A DNA stretch of 64,000 nt from positions 2,368,001 to 2,432,000 of the forward strand of contig OZ241892.1 in NCBI GenBank assembly GCA_965203485.1. Reading direction: 5' to 3'. Below the pieces are notes generated by a model. It had not been told where the DNA came from, ran no database searches, and was given only the letters and a program-made list of their open reading frames with translations. This document shows positions 54,076-62,400 of this stretch, piece by piece; the first letter of the stretch is position 1, and each line of letters begins with the position of its first letter. The stretch comes from Longimicrobiales bacterium. Lineage in GTDB: Bacteria > Gemmatimonadota > Gemmatimonadetes > Longimicrobiales > Gaopeijiaceae. Made by a program: the position numbers and the translations under genes.

Positions 54076-54130
54076 ATGGCCGTTTTCGACACATCGAGAA
54101 CCACGACCGTTGCCGTTCACTAATAGATGC
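54076..54130 (+). promoter_or_regulatory. Island element copy 3
   Basis: ATGGCCGTTTTCGACACATCGAGAACCACGACCGTTGCCGTTCACTAATAGATGC (55 bp), immediately after the ECF sigma gene. Confidence 0.7.
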
Positions 54131-54223
54131 CGGAGCGGTCCGTCGCTCACCTGTGGCGGCCACGCGGGCGATCGCCGGGGTCCGGCCGAAAGCGCGAGCC
54201 AAGCGGAGCGCAAGGAGACGATC

Positions 54224-54310
54224 ATGTCCACTACGATGCGCGCAGGACGGGATGGAGGCCCCGTATCTGGACCATCCAATCGGCACCGTTGGCCAGCAAG
54301 CTTCCGTTGA
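54224..54310 (+). CDS. Putative 28-aa leader ORF (MSTTMRAGRDGG...)
   Basis: AAGGAG RBS; first 12 aa identical to gene 49839; its TGA overlaps a TTG in the AraC frame. Confidence 0.45.
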   Translation: MSTTMRAGRDGGPVSGPSNRHRWPASFR

Positions 54311-55144
54311 CTGCACGTCGTACGCCACCGCCACCGTTGCTGGCTCTCATGGGCAACGCAACTCTTCGAAGGCGGTTGCGCATGGCCATCGACTACGGTC
54401 CGGCGTCCCGAGTCATTGGGCCGACGATCTTTGCTTCCGGCTGGCGGGAACTCCGCGAACTCGTGCGACGCCACGATCGTTCGCCTGCGGTCGTCGACCT
54501 TGGGTTTCGAACCTCGGCGGACCCTCCTGACGCCTGCTCAGTCCGTGTGCTACGCGGCACTTCGGTGCCGCTGATCACCTGCGCTCGATCAAACGGTGTG
54601 GGCCGAACCGCACTGGAGGACCACGCGCCGCGCGGCGTATGCATAGCGGCCGCATGGCGGCCGACCGCGGACGACAGCAGCGGAACCGTCACGGCGGACG
54701 TGCTAAGGGCGGCTGACGTGCACACCGTCAACGGCTTACTGGCAGGCGTTGCAAAGCGAACGCGTGAAGAGGTCGAACGGATTTTTTCGGCCGTTCTCGC
54801 CATCGCGGTCCGCCGGTCGACGGTGCGGGAGCTGGCTGCGGCCCTGGCGCGGTCTCAACGTTCGCTCCGACGGCACTGCACGGAGCTTTGCATTCCGCCG
54901 CCGAAAAGGCTTCTTTCCTTGGGGCGAGTCTTCACCGTCGAGCGCCTCGCCGAGTGGAGCGGACAGCCGGCAGGCGCGGTTGCGCTGGCGCTCGGGTTCT
55001 CGGACTACGCGAATTACCGCCGACCTGGTTCGCAACGCGCTGGCCGACGCGGCCTCACCGGTTCCGCATCGCGTCGGGCTGGCCTACGTGAGACGATTCA
55101 TCCTGCAAGTTCTTGCGGCTAACGCAGGCCGTCGCACCCGGTGA
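54307..55144 (+). pseudogene. AraC-type HTH regulator with +1 frameshift near 55024
   Basis: TVRELAAALARSQRSLRRHC and AVALALGFSDYANYRR; continuation LVRNAL...GLAYV lies in the next frame, whose stop (55144) overlaps the next GTG. Confidence 0.7.
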
Positions 55145-55575
55145 GGTCGGTCTTCCCCGGAAGGGACAGCATCAAATGTCGATCCGATCGGATGTTTCTT
55201 TGGCTGGTGATTGCCGGTGCCGTCCAAGTCGGCATTGTGGCCACTCGCGTGTTCGACGGCCAGAGCACTCCGAGGGCTTCATTGTCCGTAGGCGATACGT
55301 TGCGGTCTTTGCCAGGCGCCACGCTTGCGGACCAATCGGCGACCGTGGACATCGCTTCGGATTCGGTTTTGGCCACCGTGCTGTACGTCTTCCATCCGGA
55401 CTGCGCTCATGGACTCGCGGTGGCGCCGACGTGGGCCGAACATTTTGCCGGCACTTCGGCCAAGGATTCGCTTGTCCGCCGGATAGCCGTAACCAGCGCG
55501 CCGCCCTCAGTTTCGGCGAGTTACGCCAAGCGCTTCGGTTGGAGCGTTGCGTTGCTGGAGATAAGGATCGCGTGA
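55141..55575 (+). CDS. Membrane-anchored redoxin/thioredoxin-fold protein, degenerate (CAHG) and apparently C-terminally short
   Basis: TM segment, LSVGDTL, VLYVFHPDCAHGLAVAPTW; no cis-Pro (TP) strand before the stop. Confidence 0.65.
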   Translation: MRSVFPGRDSIKCRSDRMFLWLVIAGAVQVGIVATRVFDGQSTPRASLSVGDTLRSLPGATLADQSATVDIASDSVLATVLYVFHPDCAHGLAVAPTWAEHFAGTSAKDSLVRRIAVTSAPPSVSASYAKRFGWSVALLEIRIA

Positions 55576-55600
55576 ACCCTGTTTTCGACAGGAGATGGAG

Positions 55601-55801
55601 ATGAAGATTACTCGAACTATCGTCGTCACCGCTGTCAATGTCTTACTTCTTCCGCTCACGCTAGGATCGTTCACCATCGGCCATCAACGCGCCGTAGGGC
55701 TGTTTGATTGTTGCCGCGAATCAGCGAATGGTTCTTATTGTTGCCGCAACTGCTGCTGGACCACTCGTGACTGTGACGGACCCGGGGATTGCAATGTCTG
55801 A
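55601..55801 (+). CDS. Secreted 8-Cys peptide (CC-x8-CC-x2-CC-x5-C-x5-C)
   Basis: GGAG RBS; hydrophobic N-terminus; three vicinal CC pairs. Confidence 0.8.
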   Translation: MKITRTIVVTAVNVLLLPLTLGSFTIGHQRAVGLFDCCRESANGSYCCRNCCWTTRDCDGPGDCNV

Positions 55802-56981
55802 TCGTGCGGCGCGTGCGAACAGCTTTTCATGGCGTGTCGGCGCAATCTTCTTGTCGCTGGCCGTCTTGTACGGACTCTATGCGCTTCAAGCGCTCGACAA
55901 TTTCTCCGCCAGCGTGTCCATGCCGAGGAGACTGATCATGACCGCCGCTTCCGCCAGCGTTGCGTTGGCGATGCTGGTTCCGGTGGCGACCTTCGCGGCG
56001 GCTCTTCACAGATTCGACCTGTTCGACGAAACGACGCTGGGCAGCAGGCGACGCGATTGGACCTTGCTTGCTCTGGCGGGGCTCGGCTCCTACGTGTCGA
56101 GCACCATCGGTCCTCTGGCTTCGGCCGCCGGAACGTTTTCCGATCGCCCGGTGGCCGGCATCGCAGCGATGATCCTGGTCCCGGTGGCGATAGGCATCTT
56201 CTCGATCGTCGCCGGGATTGCAGGCGCGCTGGTCGGCCAGCTCACCGAGTGGATGATTCCCTGGCGGCGCCAAGTCGCGAGGTGGGCGGCATGCCTGGCG
56301 CTGCTTTTCTTCTTTTGCGCCGCTGTGGTGGCCGTGGACGCGCTGGTTGCAAGGTACGGGTGGCCGGTCGCGTGGTTGTTCGTGCCGGGGCCGCTGGCAG
56401 TTCCGGCGGCCGCCACGTGGGTCATGTTGCGCGTTCAGGGCTACCGCGTTCGCGACATGCTGCCGGTGCCTGTTGCGGGCACCAGGCGCCGTCCGCTGGG
56501 ACCCGAGGCCCTGGACCGGCTTGCAACGACCGTCGCCAGAGCCGATTGGGAGCTGGCGGCTCCCGTCGTCGAGGGCAAGGCCGAGGCGGGCCAACCTCGC
56601 ACGGCGTCCGGGCACGAGAGCGAGATGGCCGCCTTCTTGAGTGGGCTCCGACATGTCGCTCTCCCAGACCTGAAGGTGAGCGACGCCCAAGTGGAGAAGA
56701 TCGTCCACGCGGTCGTCGCGGCGGCTCCCGACTCTTCCCCCGCGTCGGAACCCAGTTCGCAACGCCTCGTTGCCCGGCAACGTCGGCTGGATCTCGCCAC
56801 CGTCGCAGAACTGGGCGTGTCCTGGGCGAGCCTTGCCGTGGGCCTAGTGCTCCTGGGAGCCGTTGGCGGCGTGCCGCCGAACGTCGGAGCCGCCGCGGGC
56901 ATCGGACTGCTGGGCAGCGTCGCCGGCATCTGGATCAACCGCCGGCGCCTGTCGCTGTCCTCGCCGACGACGACCACTTGA
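55794..56981 (+). CDS. Multi-pass membrane protein of unknown function
   Basis: About 8 hydrophobic segments; ATG overlaps the peptide gene end. Confidence 0.75.
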   Translation: MSDRAARANSFSWRVGAIFLSLAVLYGLYALQALDNFSASVSMPRRLIMTAASASVALAMLVPVATFAAALHRFDLFDETTLGSRRRDWTLLALAGLGSYVSSTIGPLASAAGTFSDRPVAGIAAMILVPVAIGIFSIVAGIAGALVGQLTEWMIPWRRQVARWAACLALLFFFCAAVVAVDALVARYGWPVAWLFVPGPLAVPAAATWVMLRVQGYRVRDMLPVPVAGTRRRPLGPEALDRLATTVARADWELAAPVVEGKAEAGQPRTASGHESEMAAFLSGLRHVALPDLKVSDAQVEKIVHAVVAAAPDSSPASEPSSQRLVARQRRLDLATVAELGVSWASLAVGLVLLGAVGGVPPNVGAAAGIGLLGSVAGIWINRRRLSLSSPTTTT

Positions 56982-57089
56982 AGCGGGACGGCCCGCAAAC
57001 TACTGGCTTCCGTCAAGTGCAGAAAGACGGATAGGCGAGAGTCGGGGTCGTGCGGTCTGCGTCGCCGAGCGGCTCCGGCAAGCGATGGC

Positions 57090-57895
57090 ATGGCGATAAG
57101 CTACTCGTTCTCGACAACAAGAACAGGAGACTGACCATATTCGGCGCGGACGGCCAGCTCATGTCCTCCCAGCGACTGCCGACCACGGAGTTGCCGTGGT
57201 GGTTGTGGACGCGCTGATCGCACGGCGCGGCTTGGGGGGCGGCGTAGTTGTTCGTGGTTGCCGGAGACGCCGATTCGATGTTGTTGCGGCCGGGGAGCTG
57301 GGCGTGTCCTGGGCGGGCATTGTCGCAGGTCTGTTGCTCGGGGGCATCGGTCGGCGGCTTGGCGCCCAACGTCGGGGCCGTCGCAGGCGTCGGATTGCTG
57401 TTCCGTCGCCAGCGTCTGGATGGCTCGTCGCCCGACGGCGCGCATGCAACCGACAGCAATGCTGTTCCGCTTGCGCCGGTGATGGCCATTTTCGTTGTGG
57501 CAGCCACCTGTGGCGAGCAAGTGGACAACACCGGCACTTTGGCCACCAGGGGCGACACTATAGGACGGGGTCGTGCATATCCACAATGCCGGAGTCGCGC
57601 TGACGACGGCTTCGGCCCGCGGACCCTTGCTGTTCCGCCGGGCACGACGAAGCAGGCCCCACGGGTGGCACCGGATGGCCGCCTGTGGGTCGAAGTCCTC
57701 CCCATCGGCGGCAACCGATGGGAAGTCTTCGATCCCGACGGGGGACGTTGCTGGGCATGTTGCCCTCTCGGGATCGGAGCCGGCTCGGCCACCGGCGCTC
57801 GGCCCAGGATCGCTTGTTCGCGATCGTTCGCCAGGACAGTCTGGAGCTCGACGATGTAGAGCTCTACCGTGTGGTGTGGTGGAACTTCGATGACT
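57090..57895 (+). pseudogene. Mosaic of decayed fragments of island genes
   Basis: 57090-57190 matches 59043-59143; 57196-57256 matches 56325-56384; 57271-57400 matches 56784-56912; ~57660-57893 is a frameshifted propeller C-terminus. Confidence 0.8.
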
Positions 57896-57898
57896 GGC

Positions 57899-57951
57899 AT
57901 GGCCAGTTTTGACACATCGAGACTCGTCCTCTCTGTCATTCTCATGAGTGC
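57899..57951 (+). promoter_or_regulatory. Island element copy 4
   Basis: ATGGCCAGTTTTGACACATCGAGACTCGTCCTCTCTGTCATTCTCATGAGTGC; starts 103 bp before the next ATG. Confidence 0.65.
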
Positions 57952-58001
57952 GAGGATGTCAGATCGCATCCATTCAACTCCATATCTGAAGGGAGCCGGA
58001 A

Positions 58002-58238
58002 ATGAAGAACGCCATCCGCAGGATTGGCCGCGCCTTGGCCGTGACGACCGCGTTCGCCCTGGTCGCTCTGACACCGTCGGAGTCGCCGCTGGACGGCATT
58101 AAGCAAAAGGCATGCCGCTCGGTCGGATGCCCCGACGAGACCGACCTCCACTGCATATCGACGACCATCTCGGTTGAAACCCCGTTCGTCAGCGGTGAGG
58201 TGAGCGTGACCTGTTACGAGCCCGCCCGACCAAAGTGA
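58002..58238 (+). CDS. Secreted 4-Cys peptide A
   Basis: GGAG RBS; signal peptide; AC-RSVG-C-x7-C-x19-CYE. Confidence 0.8.
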   Translation: MKNAIRRIGRALAVTTAFALVALTPSESPLDGIKQKACRSVGCPDETDLHCISTTISVETPFVSGEVSVTCYEPARPK

Positions 58239-58313
58239 CCCGCTTCGGCAAATTCCGAGAGTGCCGCTGAAGCACGAATGGCATCACAAGTCACAACCAA
58301 TAAGGAACTGGTA

Positions 58314-58592
58314 ATGGTCATTGTTGCTAGAATTCTACCGACGGCTCGGCTTGTCAGCTTGGCAACGGGATTCATCGTTGCGACGCCGATGATGCTGAGT
58401 GATGTCCGAGCGCAACAAGAGGACCCCGAACAAGAAAATGTCGACGCGTGCGAATCCCTTGGTTGCGCCGGCGGCGATCTTGTTTGCGCAGAGTATGACG
58501 AGACAAGAATCGTAATGACGATCGATCTCGGCGATATTGTTATCGAATTCATCGAGACGGAGACAGTCATATGCTACGAGAGTCGCAACTGA
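58314..58592 (+). CDS. Secreted 4-Cys peptide B (paralog of A)
   Basis: TAAGGA RBS; signal ending VRA; AC-ESLG-C-x6-C-x28-CYE. Confidence 0.8.
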   Translation: MVIVARILPTARLVSLATGFIVATPMMLSDVRAQQEDPEQENVDACESLGCAGGDLVCAEYDETRIVMTIDLGDIVIEFIETETVICYESRN

Positions 58593-58696
58593 CGGCGTCG
58601 GAGATGCACATGTCGGCAGATGCGATTCCAGTGGCGCCGAATGGCGGCCTGATGAAGAGAGACCCCAGGAGAATGGTGACGAAGATGAGGAGAATG

Positions 58697-59767
58697 ATGA
58701 CGAAGATGAACACGTTCCAACATCGGTGGCTACCGGCCGTCATGTTGCTCGCTCGCATCTTGGGTGCGATTTGCGTCCTGGCGGCCGGCGGAGCCGAGGG
58801 CCAAGCCACGCAACGCAATTGGCTTTCGCAACCGGTGCTCGACTTCTCGGTGGAGGACCCAGATGGGACGGTGCTCGGGAACCCGCTTCGCATCACGGCC
58901 AGTCCGGGAGGGGGCTTTGTCGTAAGCGACTGGGCAGACTTCGCCGTCCAAGCGTTCTCGCCTCGGGGCGAGCCGCTCTGGCGGTTCGGAAGGCAGGGCC
59001 GGGGGCCGGGCGAGTTCCTGCAGTTCATGCACATGGAATACGATGGCGACAAGCTACTCGTTCTCGACAACAAGAACAGGAGGCTGACCGTACTGAGTGC
59101 GGACGGCCGCCTCGTGTCCACCCAACGACTGCCGGCCACGCAGATGTCGCAGGTGCTGCCGGCGTTCGGCTCCAGCCGCAGAGTGCTCAGGCCCTTCATA
59201 GGTGGCCGCGACACGCTATGGGTGTCGGTGTCCGAGTCAGGCAGGGTGGCTTCGGCGGCCCCCATGCCGGGCAAAGTCGCTTTTCAGGACGACATCGTGG
59301 GGGAGTCCTTCACGAGCCGGGCCGGCGCCGGTGCCGTTGTCGCCTTTAGATGGTCGAGCCAGCTAGTGCTCTTGGACGAGAGCGGCGGCGTCAGAACCGT
59401 TGCCGAGGGCATCGAGCGCGTGGCGTTCCCCAAGATGAAGAAGTACGAAGTGGATCCCAATATCGAGGGCGTCACAAAGCTCGTAGCCCGGCGGGTGGAC
59501 CCGAAGGCGACACCGGCCGCCCGCTCCGTAGCGGCCGACAGCCGACGAGTGTTCGTTCTCTTTCGCGGCCAGACGGAATACCGAGACAGGATCGTCGACA
59601 CGTACGACGCCCGCCTCGGAGACTATCGAGGCTCCATTCTATTGCCGAACAAGGTCGCCGACATCGCCATGCTGGCGGATGGCCGCCTGGCGACGCTGGA
59701 GACGGACTTCTTCCCCATCGTGCGGGTCTGGCATATCGCGGATGAAACAGCCGGACGGCATCCATGA
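58697..59767 (+). CDS. Secreted 6-bladed beta-propeller-type protein
   Basis: Signal ending AEG; WRFGRQGRGPGEF; IVDTYDARLGDYRGSILLP; start approximate. Confidence 0.8.
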   Translation: MTKMNTFQHRWLPAVMLLARILGAICVLAAGGAEGQATQRNWLSQPVLDFSVEDPDGTVLGNPLRITASPGGGFVVSDWADFAVQAFSPRGEPLWRFGRQGRGPGEFLQFMHMEYDGDKLLVLDNKNRRLTVLSADGRLVSTQRLPATQMSQVLPAFGSSRRVLRPFIGGRDTLWVSVSESGRVASAAPMPGKVAFQDDIVGESFTSRAGAGAVVAFRWSSQLVLLDESGGVRTVAEGIERVAFPKMKKYEVDPNIEGVTKLVARRVDPKATPAARSVAADSRRVFVLFRGQTEYRDRIVDTYDARLGDYRGSILLPNKVADIAMLADGRLATLETDFFPIVRVWHIADETAGRHP

Positions 59768-60243
59768 ACGGGGCTGAGAATGCCATTCCGATGCGTTCCA
59801 CATCATCTCGTCTCGGCTTGTTCGCCGCGCTGGCTGTCGTCGGGTGCGCCAGCGCCGAGGCTACAAAGAAGCGCGAACTGACTCTGTCGGAAGTTGCGGG
59901 GACCGAGACGGGCATAGTCGTCTTGGCGCATCCGTTCAGTTGCGCTCTGTCGGGGGAAGACGCTCGCCGCTTGAACTTGGCCGGGACAGACGGTCGATTG
60001 GCTGTTCGGGTCTTCTTCCTGGCGTCGTCCGCCGATAGCTTGGCCGTCGAGCGTGCGGCCACCGACTTGGGATTGGAGGTGCCGTACGCGTCGCTGTCCG
60101 CAGAGCGCGCCGCCACTCTCTTCCGGGCCACGGGGATGGGAACGCCCATGTTCGCCCTCATGCGGCACGGTCGTATTGTTGCGATGGTGGGCAACGTTGG
60201 CGCCGACTACGCGCTGGACATCATCGACAGCATCTTGCGTTGA
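59764..60243 (+). CDS. Small lipoprotein, probable degenerate thioredoxin fold
   Basis: Lipobox VVGC; IVVLAHPFSC (single Cys); GTPMFALMRHGRIV; ATGA overlap with the propeller gene. Confidence 0.65.
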   Translation: MNGAENAIPMRSTSSRLGLFAALAVVGCASAEATKKRELTLSEVAGTETGIVVLAHPFSCALSGEDARRLNLAGTDGRLAVRVFFLASSADSLAVERAATDLGLEVPYASLSAERAATLFRATGMGTPMFALMRHGRIVAMVGNVGADYALDIIDSILR

Positions 60244-60305
60244 GAGCGACTGCCCCCGGGGCAAGTCCTTCCGCGACTTCGTACACGATGCCGGAAGCTG
60301 AACCG

Positions 60306-60725
60306 CTAGTCGCCCGCGTCCGCGGCGAGCACGGCGCGCAGGCGGGCTTCCTCCAATCCCCAGTCGGCCAGGGCGCGTTGCGATTCCTGATCGTCGGCGC
60401 CGGCGACGGCGATCAGGAGATGGACGCTGGCCGTGGGGGCGCCGGTGGTTGCGCCGAGTTCCACGGCGGCGGCCAGGACGTCTTGGGAGGCCGCCGAGAA
60501 CGGGATGTGGTTCTCGTGCGTGACCGGCAGGTCGCGCAGGGTGGACGGCAGGTCGTCCAGGTCGAGATCGGCCCGCCGGACGAACTCGGCGAGGGCCGGG
60601 TCGCGCTGGGACGCCACGCCCGCCAGCAGATGCCGGGGCTCCACCAAGGCGGCACCGTCCCGGGCGGCCGCGGCGGCGGAGCGGTTCAGGGCGTGGACGG
60701 CGTCCTCCGCCAAGTTGACGCTCAC
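60306..60725 (-). CDS. Clp N-terminal (Clp_N repeat) domain protein
   Basis: VEPRHLLAG, IPFSAASQDVL...SVHLLIAV; GTG overlaps upstream stop. Confidence 0.8.
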   Translation of the reverse strand: MSVNLAEDAVHALNRSAAAAARDGAALVEPRHLLAGVASQRDPALAEFVRRADLDLDDLPSTLRDLPVTHENHIPFSAASQDVLAAAVELGATTGAPTASVHLLIAVAGADDQESQRALADWGLEEARLRAVLAADAGD

Positions 60726-61192
60726 GAGTACGGCATGGGCGGCTCCTTTTTCATGAGCCGGGCGTAGACGGCGAGCGAGCCGCGGTGGTGGGCCGTGTGG
60801 TCCACGATGGCGTTGACGACGGCCGCGCGCGGCGCGCCTCCCATGATGCGCGCGTCGGGGATGGCGGCCGCCAGATCGTCGGCCGAGGCGGATTCGACGG
60901 CCGAGACGGCGGCGGCGTAGGCGCGGTCGAACCATTCGGTGGCCTCCGCCAGCGACGTGACCGCGCGCGCCGAGGCCAGGTGCCCCTCGAAGTCCATGTT
61001 CCATCCCTCCCCGAACGCGCCTTCGACGAACCAGTCCACCGAGTCGGCCGCGTGGGCGACTTGCGCGGCGACCGTGAAGAACTCCGGTCCCGGCGCGAAG
61101 CCGGAGTCTTCCTCCGAGAACGCCGACAGCCCCGTCCTGAAGTACTTGCGGGAGGTCTCGAGCTGGGAGACTAGCGTGGGGGCGGTCGGCAT
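60722..61192 (-). CDS. DinB family protein
   Basis: QVAH, DHTAHHRGSLAVYARL. Confidence 0.88.
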   Translation of the reverse strand: MPTAPTLVSQLETSRKYFRTGLSAFSEEDSGFAPGPEFFTVAAQVAHAADSVDWFVEGAFGEGWNMDFEGHLASARAVTSLAEATEWFDRAYAAAVSAVESASADDLAAAIPDARIMGGAPRAAVVNAIVDHTAHHRGSLAVYARLMKKEPPMPYS

Positions 61193-61302
61193 GGTCGGCT
61201 TCCTGGGCGGCAGGCGGGTGCGGGCGCGGGAACGGGCCCGCGTGCGAATTCTCTGGACCGACTATAATATTTGGAAGGGCGGACAACCATCGGGAGACAG
61301 CC

Positions 61303-62400
61303 TTGGTCGTTGCGGACACGGTCGGAATGCCTGCGGACGGGCGCTTCCAGGCGGAGGTGCGGATCGAACCGTCGGCGCGCGTCGAACTCATCGACGTGCA
61401 GAAGCAGTTGGCCCGCGAGTTCGGGGCCGACTTCACGAAGCATCCGAAGGCGCTCTACGTCTCGCACCACACCACGGCCGGCTACCTGGACCAGCGCCTC
61501 GCCGCCCGGCTCAAGTACGACGGCGAGAACGTGCGCGACTTCCTTCAGGTCTTCCACAAGCTCTTCCCGCCCGACGCCGGCTACGTGCACGACGAGATGC
61601 ATCTGCGCCGCGAGCTGTCCGACGAGCAACGTGCCACGGAGCCCAAGAACGCCGACTCGCACCTGACCTTCATGGGCGCCGGCCTCAAGAGTTGCGCGTC
61701 CTACGACCAGCGCGACGGCCAGCCGGTCTGGTTCGTCGAACTCGACGGCGTGCACGAAGGCGGAAAGCGCCGCCGCACCACCACGGTGGTCGGCTACGGC
61801 GGCGAAGAGGAAGTCGCGAGCGCCCAGATCGAAGTGGAGGTGCCGTCGCACGCCATCGACGCCAGCAACTTGCGCGACCCCGAGCACGGCTTCATGGACC
61901 GCCTTCTTGGCCTGGCTCGGCAACACGGCGTCTCGTTCGGGCGGTTCGACGTGTCGCTGGCCGCGTCCGAGCGCAACGCGGGCCTCACGGTCAACGAATA
62001 CGAGACGCTGCTCATGAGCCACGACCTGCGCGAGGTCTTGGCCGACCCCTTCCGCTTCGTCGCGGAGAAGAGCAAGGCGGCGCTGATGGACCCGCGCTCG
62101 ATCCCCGCCAAGACGGTCAACTACGCGCAGTACGACGCCGTGCAGCTGCTGAACAAGCTGCTCGACCGCATGGGCGTGCGGCAGTCCGTCGTGGAGCGCG
62201 TCGTCAACCGCGCGCTGGCCTTCCCCGTGTCGCACTTCCTGCGCATGAAGCGCGGCATCAGCCTGCCGGTGCTGGACCTGGGAGGCGACGGCGAGGGAGA
62301 CATCCCCAGGGGCACCTATCAGAGCCCGATCCTGGTGCAGTGGAGGGGCTCCGAGCAGAGAACGCGGACGTTGGAGGTGCGGCTGTTCCGGTTCGTTTGA
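61303..62400 (+). CDS. YjbQ/UPF0047-like protein with an apparent tandem domain
   Basis: HHTTAG, NADSHL, ELDG in first half; GLTVNE, SHFL, GTYQS in second half. Confidence 0.7.
   Translation: MVVADTVGMPADGRFQAEVRIEPSARVELIDVQKQLAREFGADFTKHPKALYVSHHTTAGYLDQRLAARLKYDGENVRDFLQVFHKLFPPDAGYVHDEMHLRRELSDEQRATEPKNADSHLTFMGAGLKSCASYDQRDGQPVWFVELDGVHEGGKRRRTTTVVGYGGEEEVASAQIEVEVPSHAIDASNLRDPEHGFMDRLLGLARQHGVSFGRFDVSLAASERNAGLTVNEYETLLMSHDLREVLADPFRFVAEKSKAALMDPRSIPAKTVNYAQYDAVQLLNKLLDRMGVRQSVVERVVNRALAFPVSHFLRMKRGISLPVLDLGGDGEGDIPRGTYQSPILVQWRGSEQRTRTLEVRLFRFV

Noticed and set aside
47880..57951. The repeated element read as a peptide (all four copies begin ATG and give MA[V/D/S]FDTS)
   Set aside because: ORF lengths are inconsistent (41 aa, in frame with a lipoprotein, 15 aa, 67 aa), changes are mostly non-synonymous and there is no consistent RBS; a DNA-level role fits better, though coding is not fully excluded
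47880..57951. CRISPR array or integron attC interpretation of the repeats
   Set aside because: Copies are kilobases apart, lack clear palindromic attC structure, and no cas or integrase gene is in the window
47984..60243. Classical RiPP cluster (lanthipeptide, ranthipeptide, MNIO/bufferin)
   Set aside because: No recognisable modifying enzyme or double-glycine exporter; precursors carry Sec-type signal peptides
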